Origin: a virus
Reading direction: 5' to 3' (one strand)
Virus record (IMG/VR): IMGVR_UViG_3300042445_001340
Span: 4,668 to 68,667 of that record
Length of the DNA: 64,000 bases
The stretch's first letter is position 1. Each line of letters opens with the position of its first letter. The position numbers and the translations under genes are program-made. Positions 1 to 9,600 of this stretch are shown here, in pieces. The notes under the pieces are model-generated. The model had not been told where the DNA came from. It did not search any database and was given only the letters and a program-made list of their open reading frames with translations.

Positions 1-2
1 GA

Positions 3-281
3 ACTCAAAAAATCTTAAAAGATTGGCGCGGTACGGAAGCAGAAACAAGTGTAATAACACTTATGCACGCAGAGTTGGAGCGCATGAGTGAGCAAAATAC
101 AAAACTTAGCTTAGAGCTGGGTAGACTGCACACAGAAGTAATTGCACTTAATACTGAACTACAAAAATTAACTATTGAAAATCAGCGATTACAAACTGAA
201 GTGGTTGCGCTAACAAACGAGATAAGCGAACTAAAAACGCTTACACGAAAGGACACAAATGGCAAGATCAAGACTTACTAA
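3..281 (+). CDS. 5'-truncated coiled-coil protein
   Basis: Frame is open from position 3 (TQKILKDWRG...); heptad repeats LHTEVIALNTEL / LQTEVVALTNEI. Confidence 0.6.
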   Translation, partial: TQKILKDWRGTEAETSVITLMHAELERMSEQNTKLSLELGRLHTEVIALNTELQKLTIENQRLQTEVVALTNEISELKTLTRKDTNGKIKTY

Positions 282-879
282 TACATCTCAGGATCTTATT
301 GCTGATGGAGGGGCGGTTTTGTGGAGCTTTGTAAAAGGCGAGCAGCTAGAATTCCCAATTACTTTAAACTTTGTTGAAGACGCAAGCGTTAAAGCAAACA
401 ACAATTATGTCTATGAAGCAGTGGTTGTTGAAGCAGCAAACGTTGCCAGACAAGTAGATCGCCCCACAGACATACGTGAAAATGGCATTCAAACACGATT
501 GTTTGTTCGCTTACCGGTATACCTTGGAGCCTGGCAAGGGGCGGTTGCATACAACAAAGAAGATGTTGTATTATACAACAACAAGTATTATAAACTCGTT
601 CAAGGCAGTGCGCGTATTAACAACACAATTCCTAGCACTGACCCACTGTGGACGGAAACAAGCCTTAATACAGTGTACTTGCAGTACCCTAGCACACTAG
701 CTAGCACATGGGCCGTGCAACCAGTAGTAGATGCACCAGTTTATGGTTTTTTTGAGCTGCGTGTAACTGAGCCACAAGATCAAATTTTTACTCGTACTTT
801 TAAGCCAATACGCGGCATGGTTGAAATTTTATTTAGTCCCACAGATGTTACACAAGATCAACTAAACCAGACTACGTAA
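259..879 (+). CDS. Virion/tail-associated protein with a CBM5/12-like carbohydrate-binding motif
   Basis: AWQGAVAYNKEDVVLYNNKYYK...PSTDPLW resembles the ChtBD3/CBM5-12 pattern; SD aagga upstream; tail-gene context. Confidence 0.55.
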   Translation: MARSRLTNTSQDLIADGGAVLWSFVKGEQLEFPITLNFVEDASVKANNNYVYEAVVVEAANVARQVDRPTDIRENGIQTRLFVRLPVYLGAWQGAVAYNKEDVVLYNNKYYKLVQGSARINNTIPSTDPLWTETSLNTVYLQYPSTLASTWAVQPVVDAPVYGFFELRVTEPQDQIFTRTFKPIRGMVEILFSPTDVTQDQLNQTT

Positions 880-890
880 GGTGGTAGCGC

Positions 891-3170
891 ATGGCTGATA
901 AAATAGTACAAGTTACGGCACCAAAAATAACCGCAACTAATGTGGTGTACACACCAAAAGTAGTTGATTTACCTGTACCAAAGTTAGCCGTTGGAAATTC
1001 ACAGCCCGTAAAAATTACGACCAGTGTTGAAAATCCCCGCCTAAACGGTATAGTTACAAACATGGGTGAGGAAAGCGTTCCTAACCCATACTTATTTAAA
1101 CGACTAAACGATTCATATACTGGCACAGACCAGATTAGACTACGATATCAGCAAACCAAATTTGACCAAGCGCTAGCTTCAGACTTGTTCAATCGCATAG
1201 TTGATTACCGCCGAGTATTTCAAGAATCACAAATTACTAATGATAGCTATAGGGCGGTGTTTGTTGGCAAAAGTTTAATAACACAGTTTGATACACAAGA
1301 GGTGTTTGCAAAGCAGTTATCAAAGCCTTTTAGTGACTTGTACACAGTTATAGATAGACCGAGTCTAGCACTAGGCAAATCACTGTTTACACAAGTAACT
1401 TATAGTGAAGAGCTGGTAAAAGTAGCTTACTTAAAAGCCAGCAGCGAGATTGTTGTTAGCGCCGAAGATTTTAGCAGAACCGTTGCCTATAATCGCAGCT
1501 TTCAAAGCATTGCTGATGCCACTGATGACTTTTATGGTGCTGCTAACCTTGATGACGACCAAATCGCACAGGTTGGTAAAACCTTAGTTAACTGGGTTGC
1601 TAGCGCAGACGTACGCAGTGTGACGGTTGACAAAATTTTAGCTAACACTGCGCTTGTTGCAGAACAGCATGCGGTTAATTTTGCTAAACCTTTGTTAACT
1701 CAAAGCAACGTAATTTCGCTAACGCAAATACGTGCAGACAAAGCCCTGAGCACAAACAGTGTGCTAGGCGACACAACAAGGTATCAGCTAGGCAAACCTC
1801 TAGCAGATAGCACACTAACTGCAGAACAGCATGCTAGTTTGTTGGCAAAAATACTTGCACACCCAGCAACATTCAGCGAACAAAAGCAAGTATACTTAAC
1901 CAAGCCACTTGCTTCTGGTGTAACAAACACCGATGTGGCAATAAAAACTTGGCTAGCACAGCGACAGTTCAGCGACTTAGTTGCTTCTAGTACACAAATT
2001 ATTTTTAGTGCTAGCAAGCAGCTACAACACGGTTTAGTTAGCACAGAACAAAATCAAAAGCGTACTGTTAAATCGCTGGTAACTGTTTTTGGTAGCATAG
2101 ATCAACTGTTTACACAAGTAGACTACAAACGAAGTTTCTTGGACTTTGTGGCAAGTACTGATGACTTTTTTGGTAATGCCAACGTTGATGATGATCAAAC
2201 TGCGCGAGTAGGCAAAAATGTCTTAAGCTGGTTGCTGCCCACTGAACAACACACCACTGATGTTGCCAAAGTTTTAAACACAACATACTCGGCACTTGAG
2301 CAAGCTAGGCTACAACCCACAAAAGTTTTGCTAAGTGAGTTTGGTAACACAGATCAGTTATTTTATTTAGCCGGTAAGTTGTTGAACAGCGTAGGCGTCA
2401 CACAAGAATCACAGGTTTTTAGTGTAACAAAATTACTAACCTCCGGTTTTGCAAGCACAGATGCTTTTAATCGCACAGTGCTTTACAACAGACAACCAAC
2501 AGATTTGGCTGCCGCTGGCGACGTATCTAGCAAGTTAGCTGATAAAGGTCTTGTAACAAACACAGCAGTTGGTGATACCACAACAACACAAACTGATTTC
2601 AAACGAATACTGGCTAATGCAGGCGTTACACAAGATTTACAGGTTTTTAGTGTAACAAAACCACTAACCTCCGGTTTTGCAAGCACAGATGTTTTTAATC
2701 GCACAGTGCTTTACAACAGACAACCAACAGATTTGGCAGCTGCCGGTGAAGTATCTAGCAAGTTAGCTGATAAAGGTCTTGTAACAAACACAGCAGTTGG
2801 TGATACCACAACAACACAAACTGATTTCAAACGAATACTAAACAGTATAATCAGTAATACCGAACTTGTTGCTAGAGGTATTCAAGCAACCAAACAAGAC
2901 TTGGTAATACTGCCAGAACAAGTTCGTAAACGTAATACAAAAGTTCTTGTTACTGAGTTTGTACAACAAGATGTATTACAAAAAGCTCCAAATAAAGCTC
3001 TAAGTTCACAAAGCACTATCAGCGAAGTGTTAACTTTCTTTAAATTTGGAAACCGCATATTTTCCGAAATAGCAACCACTAATGACGGTGGTGTTATAAA
3101 CAATCAAGGCTACTTTGCAGAGTCCTATGTGGAACCTGGGTATGCTGGCACTAATACTAATTTTTCTTAA
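891..3170 (+). CDS. Repetitive tail/structural protein, 759 aa
   Basis: Short repeats (xKxL.D, YxRxF) and a duplicated TDDFyGaANlDDDQ motif; lies upstream of tail-fibre genes. Confidence 0.6.
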   Translation: MADKIVQVTAPKITATNVVYTPKVVDLPVPKLAVGNSQPVKITTSVENPRLNGIVTNMGEESVPNPYLFKRLNDSYTGTDQIRLRYQQTKFDQALASDLFNRIVDYRRVFQESQITNDSYRAVFVGKSLITQFDTQEVFAKQLSKPFSDLYTVIDRPSLALGKSLFTQVTYSEELVKVAYLKASSEIVVSAEDFSRTVAYNRSFQSIADATDDFYGAANLDDDQIAQVGKTLVNWVASADVRSVTVDKILANTALVAEQHAVNFAKPLLTQSNVISLTQIRADKALSTNSVLGDTTRYQLGKPLADSTLTAEQHASLLAKILAHPATFSEQKQVYLTKPLASGVTNTDVAIKTWLAQRQFSDLVASSTQIIFSASKQLQHGLVSTEQNQKRTVKSLVTVFGSIDQLFTQVDYKRSFLDFVASTDDFFGNANVDDDQTARVGKNVLSWLLPTEQHTTDVAKVLNTTYSALEQARLQPTKVLLSEFGNTDQLFYLAGKLLNSVGVTQESQVFSVTKLLTSGFASTDAFNRTVLYNRQPTDLAAAGDVSSKLADKGLVTNTAVGDTTTTQTDFKRILANAGVTQDLQVFSVTKPLTSGFASTDVFNRTVLYNRQPTDLAAAGEVSSKLADKGLVTNTAVGDTTTTQTDFKRILNSIISNTELVARGIQATKQDLVILPEQVRKRNTKVLVTEFVQQDVLQKAPNKALSSQSTISEVLTFFKFGNRIFSEIATTNDGGVINNQGYFAESYVEPGYAGTNTNFS
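2393..2839 (+). repeat. Tandem near-identical duplication with a 228-nt (76-aa) period inside the 759-aa ORF
   Basis: 2393-2611 and 2621-2839 align with few substitutions. Confidence 0.9.
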
Positions 3171-3180
3171 AGGATAGATC

Positions 3181-3636
3181 ATGGTTAATGACTCAATCAA
3201 AGCCAAAGGTACTCTACAACTAGTACTAACTGATGAACATGGCAACATCAAACAACAAGACGAACATAACCTGGTAGTTAACACCGGCTTAGCTTATATT
3301 GCTAGCCGTATGCGTGACGCTAGTGCTGGTGTAATGTCGCACATGGCTATTGGTGCTGGTACTACTGCTGCAGCTGCGGCCAATGCCGCACTAGGTACTC
3401 AGTTAAGCACTCGTGTTGGCCTAGACTCAACAACAATTGTAACTACTTCAGCAACTGGTGATAGTGTACAGTATGTGGCAACTTTTGCTGCTGGTCAAAG
3501 TACTGGTGCTGTTACTGAAGCTGGTATTTTCAACGACGTTAGTGCTGGCACAATGCTTTGCCGCACAGTGTTTCCAGTTATCAACAAAGGTGAACTAGAC
3601 ACACTAGTAATTACTTGGAAAGTAACAGTAGCTTAA
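3181..3636 (+). CDS. Tail-collar/tail-fibre-associated structural protein
   Basis: NLVVNTG...HMAIGAG...TEAGIFN...MLCRTVFPVINK...ITW pattern common in phage tail proteins. Confidence 0.7.
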   Translation: MVNDSIKAKGTLQLVLTDEHGNIKQQDEHNLVVNTGLAYIASRMRDASAGVMSHMAIGAGTTAAAAANAALGTQLSTRVGLDSTTIVTTSATGDSVQYVATFAAGQSTGAVTEAGIFNDVSAGTMLCRTVFPVINKGELDTLVITWKVTVA

Positions 3637-3659
3637 TTTTTTAATTCAAAGGGATACCT

Positions 3660-6600
3660 ATGGCAATAATTACAACGCGCGAAGTAGGGGCTACAGCCAA
3701 AGGTACTACCCTAAGCAACGCCGAAATTGACAATAACTTTATTAATCTTAATACAGATATTGCCACCAGAATTCCAGCCAGTGAAAAAGGTGTGGTTAAC
3801 GGCGTTGCCACGCTTGATGATGCAGGTAAAGTTCCTGCTACGCAGCTACCAAGCTACGTTGATGATGTACAGGAAGCCGCTAACCTAGCGGCTTTTCCTG
3901 CTACTGGCGAAACTGGCAAAATCTATGTTGCACTAGACACCAACAAAACTTATCGTTGGAGTGGTTCGGTATATGTGTATATTACGTCGGGTGCGGTTGA
4001 TTCGGTTGCAGGTAAAACTGGCGTTGTTACACTAAACAATTCAGACGTTGGTTTAGCCAATGTGGACAACACATCTGATGCAAATAAACCAGTTAGCACA
4101 GCTACTCAAACTGCACTAAACACAAAACAAGCTGCACTAGGCTATACTCCTGTTAATAAAGCCGGCGATACTATTACAGGAGACCTGTTAAACAGCGCAG
4201 CATATTCAGCCCCCAACAATGCGTCGGGAGCTGGTACCAAGGTACTTATCAGTGGCTCTACTGGTACTGGTGCTGCAGGTGCTGCAGGTGGTAACGGTTA
4301 CATTGAGGTTCTTGGCTCAGGAGCTACTAGTTCATTTGCTTGGACAGACTTTACTGGCGACTCTGCAAGAAGACGTGGTGGAGTACACATTAAAAGCGGA
4401 ACAGCGCAAGCAGATGTAGCAGATACATACAGACACGGTTCGTATATTGATATTATTGCTTCTAATGGTACTAATAGTCAAACTCTTATAGGAGACGGCG
4501 GTAGAGTTCTAGTTCGTTCCGGTGGAGGTGGCGGCTATGGCGGTATACCAAATAATGGAGCGTCTATTACACTCCTAGGTGCTACAAGCACCAGCAGCGG
4601 ACGAGTAGTACTAGCCAGTGGCAGCTATAGTGGCGCATCGTTTACATCAAACCCTGGCTCTAGCATAGATATTAGTGCAGCTACTGCCGAAGCAAGTTCA
4701 AGTATACGTTTATACATTGGTCAAGCAGGCGGTGGTTCAAATGTACCTGGCTCCGTTAGTGGTAAAGCATATGTTAATCGAGGCACTGACTACGAAATCC
4801 TGGATGCTGGTAATTACTCAAGCTATGCACAACCGCTGTTAGTTTCTGGTACTACGATTAAAACCATTAATGGTACTAGCGTGCTCGGCAGTGGTGATAT
4901 TGTAATTAGTGCTTTACCACTAACTGGTGGTACGCTGACTGGTACTATTATTATTGGTGGATCAGTGGCAGCTCCAGCTGATTCTACTGCAACTGCTTTG
5001 TCATATGGAAGACTTCAAGGATATGGGCATATCCATATCAATGCTGACACAGATCAATCAACCACTGAATTTGTTTATATCACTGCTGGTTACGCTACCG
5101 CTAATTCAAGTTCAGCGAATGGACTTGCAGTAGGTAACACAACACTAACGTGGAAGGACAATGCTGTTCTTCACGCAGGTAACTACAACAGCTATGCACT
5201 GCCACTAAGTGGTGGTACGATTACTGGAACTTTATTTATAAATTCTGGCACAGGTGCAGCTGACTACAATGATTTATGGTTAGGCGGTGCAGGTGGTTGG
5301 GCTACAAATGAGTCGCACGGTATTAATGCCTATTACGGATCTCTTGCAAGCCCATCTATATTCACTCGCGTAGACAGCTTGTTTGATGGCACAAAAGCCA
5401 TAATGCGTTGGAAAAACTTCTATTTTGGTCAGGCACCGCAAACATCCACTGTAATGACGTTGACCGCAACCAGTGCGACTTCTGCTGCACTAGATGTAAC
5501 AGGTGCAATCACTCAAGCAGGAAACCAAGTTCTACACGCAGGCAACTATACTAACTACAAACCTCCATTATTAGCACCAATAAACGTAACTTCTACAAGT
5601 GTATCAAACTGGAATCCGCAAGGACTTACTTACCAAGCATGGGGCCAAGCGTTTGTACACAGCAGCATTTCTGCAGATAGTGGTGACGTAACCTGGTGGC
5701 TACGCCCCAGCGAGTACGTAGCTGGCGGAACCGAGCTTTGCATGATTATCGACGGCGATTATTATGCTGGAACGGGTGCGCACAAAGTTCTTCACGCAGG
5801 CAACTACAACAGCTATTCACCAACACTAACAGGTGGTGGTGCTAGCGGCACTTGGGGTATTTCAGTTACTGGAAGTGCCGGTTCTATTAGTACTGCTGGA
5901 GGATACACTCTAACTGGAAATAGTACTGAAGGGGTAAGTAGTAGTTGGATAGGATTTCCAAACGGACAAGGTATTTGGTCTACTGTAAACAATGCTCACT
6001 TGCTGCCTAATAATACTGGAAGCTACGGTTCTTGGTATATGTACGGTAGTCGTAATGGCTGGTTCGGATTACATTTTGGTAGCGGTTCTACACTAATGAT
6101 GAACAGTACCGAAGTTGGGTTTCACAGAGAGGGTTACGGCTGGCAAATGCGGTGGTCTGCTGGCGTAGGATACGTACATAAAGATGTAGCCGGTGGCGGT
6201 ACAGAAGCAACTATTCTGGACTCCAGCAACTACAACAGCTATAGCCCAACACTAACAGGCGGGAATGCTAGTGGTACTTGGGGTATTTCAATTACCGGCA
6301 ATGCCGCTACTGCCACAAACGCCAGCCAACTCAATGGTTTGTCGAAAGTGCAGTTGTGGAACAACAGCGGTCAAGGCCACAGCACGTACCAAAGCTTTGG
6401 AGCGGTTCCGAACTTTGGCATGTGGTTTATGCAAAATTCAGTGGCAGCAGACTCGCCACAAACTGGCTCTCAGTACTATGTTCAAACAGAAGGGTTAGGT
6501 AACGACTACGCGTACGGCACCTATGGTTTAATGACGGCGGTTGCTCGTGATCACGTTGTTAAATACACATACTACCGAACACAAGAAGGTGGTTCGTGGG

Positions 6601-9600
6601 GTGCGTGGGTTAAGGCAGCAGCTGGATACGCAGATACTGCTGGTTCCTCAACTTCTGCTAGTTACGCTATTGCAATTAATGTTCCTAGTCAGCAGACTGA
6701 GTATATCATACTAGATGGTCCTGCCAATGGACCTGTAATTAAAGTACGATACGATGGGGGTACTGCTAATCGTTATATTGATATTGGAACCAAAGACGGT
6801 AATGGTGTCTACACCACAGGCCTTAAAATTTGGAACGGCGATACCCCTACTTGGAGTGGCAATACAATTCTTCACGCTGGCAACTACAACAGCTATGCAC
6901 CAACACTAACAGGTGGTGGTGCCTCGGGTACGTGGGGTATATCAATTACTGGTAGCGCAAGCACTGCATCAAGTTTGCCTACAGCATACGCAGGAGGTAT
7001 TCAGTCCAATCCTCAAGTATATTTTAATGAAAATATAGGTCTTAAAGTTGCAATGACTGGAGTTCCGTTTGCTTGGTGTGATACACTTTGGATAAATGGA
7101 TACAGTGGTGCTGACGTACCAAATATGTTAGCTATTCATACTGCCCGAAATGGTCAGGCACGTATGTGGATTAGTACCCAGTCTAACCGTGGTAGCTCTT
7201 ATGGTACTCAGTACGAAATCCCGTCATACGGGCTTAACTATGATTCCGGCGATTTGTACGCCAAAGTTTATTATGACTCGCAAGACACCAGCTATTATGT
7301 AGATCCTAATAGTGGATCAAGACTTGCACACATTTTTGCAGGTAACGTAGCTTCGTCAAACGACGGAGGCTGGAACGCCAGAATGAACTTGGTTGGCAGC
7401 AGCCACGCTAGACTAGACGTTGTTAGTAACAGTGATGGTATTATTACCACAATGTCTTCCCATACTGGTCAAGGTGTTGGTAAAGTAGGAACTTATTCTA
7501 GCCACCCACTAGTTTTAGTAGCACAGGGTGCAGTCGAAGGTGGTTCTGTGTACAATGGTTCATTAAGATCACCAATCTTTTATGATTCAGATAATACTGC
7601 CTACTACATAGACCCTAATTCAACAAGTGATAGCGCACTTCGCATGCGTGGTGGTGCATTGTTTGGACCTAACACAAGTTGGAATGCTAGTTTATATGTA
7701 GGCGGAAATGGCCGAGTGGGTACTAGTGCAACAGTTGCGGTAACCAATGGTAACTTGCATATTGATGCGCAAGATGGTTATTCATTATATCTTAACTGGT
7801 ATAATACGGCAAATATTTACACTCAAAGTAATCTTGGTGTAGGTACAAGCAGCGCGGATTACCGACTGCATGTACACGGCACAGGACTTGCCACAAGTGA
7901 CTTTCGTGCACCAATATTCTATGACTCAAACGATACCAGTTATTATGTAGACCCTAATAGTAGCTCTAGACTGGTAAATTTAGGTTTAGGTGGTGTTACC
8001 CCCGATGTGAGATTAAGCGTTTCAGGAGATGGGCATTTTTCAGGTGTTATATATCTTGGCGGAACAGCAGGATCTTATAATAGCTGGGGATCTCGAGATT
8101 ATACTACAAGCGGACTGCGGTACTTTAACGCCCAGCGTTATCAATTTAATAATTTTGGATACGGCAGTACCTATACTATAGACATAGATGCTAGCGGAAA
8201 CTTAATAGCATCTAACAGTGTAAGAGCACCGATCTTCTATGACAGTGATGACACAGGTTACTACACAGACCCGGCAAGTGAGTCAAATTTACTAGCACTA
8301 AAAGTACGCGGCAATCCTGTAAGTACATACAATCAAACTCAAAGTGACTTTACTGCTGGTACTTTAGTACTAACAAATATCGTATCTTCAGGGTTCGCAG
8401 GCGATAGTTTTAGACTAGAAGTTAAGGGCAAGTCTTATGGCTCTGGATTACCTTACTCGTTTTTAGCAGAAGGTTATATTTATAGCGATACAATTATAAA
8501 CGTAACCGGTATACACCTTGGATTTAATGCTTTTAGCACAATAAAAGTATTTAACTATAACGGTGTTTTAGGGTTCTGGTGGCCACGAGCAGGTTACTGG
8601 CACTCGTTTGAAATTAAGGTTATTGCTACCAGCAACGTACAAGGTAATCAAAACCGTGTAACCAACGTTTATGATTCTGCAGAACCAACTGATTCGTTTG
8701 TAACCAAAAAAGTCAACATCACTATGGCATACTATATGCGTGGTGATACAGGTGCTACAAATGCTAGTAGCTTAAGCGCACCAATCTTTTATGATTCAAA
8801 CGATACCAGTTATTATGTAGACCCCAACAGTACCTCTTATCAACGAAACCTTTTCTTGGGTGCACACGATTCTGGAGCTTCTGAGTTTAGATTTGGTGAA
8901 GATTCTAGCGGTTGGTACGGCGATCGTTGGTACTGGGACAGCTCATTTACACTTTATCGTTACAGTCGACATGCCGGTACGGACAGTTTAATTCACTATC
9001 ATGATACTCGTGATGCTTCAAGAATTACCTATGGTCGTAACATTGTATTTGATGACTACGGTAAAGGTATTGTAGGTCTTTATGATTCAACTAGATACCA
9101 AGGCGTGTTTGCTATGGGGGATAGCTATAAACTTCCTGCAAACGGTACAACAACTGGTAACTTATACGGTATCGCATGGTCACATCCAAACGCTGGTGGT
9201 GTTGCAGGTAACTTAAACACACACGGTGCTTTGATTCTTGAAAATGGAACATTCTTGGCAGCATTGTCAGGCAGCATTCGCAGTCGTGATGATATGCGTA
9301 CACAAATCTTTTATGACTCAAATGACACCAGCTATTATGTAGATCCAAACTCGCAAACTCGCCTGTGGTATACAAGTGTAAACGTTGGTCAAGAAACAAC
9401 AGGTGGAGCTAACAGTAGTAATGCTGGTTTAGTCTTGCGCGGCAACTACAACAGCAACACCTGGGCACATAAGTTTCACAAGTTTGATAATGGCACGGGT
9501 GTTCCACTTTATTTGTCTACTACTGTAGGCACGGACGTTTGGTCACCGAGGCAAGCATGGGGCAGTGGTCTTACATATGATAGTCAAGTATTTGGGTCAT

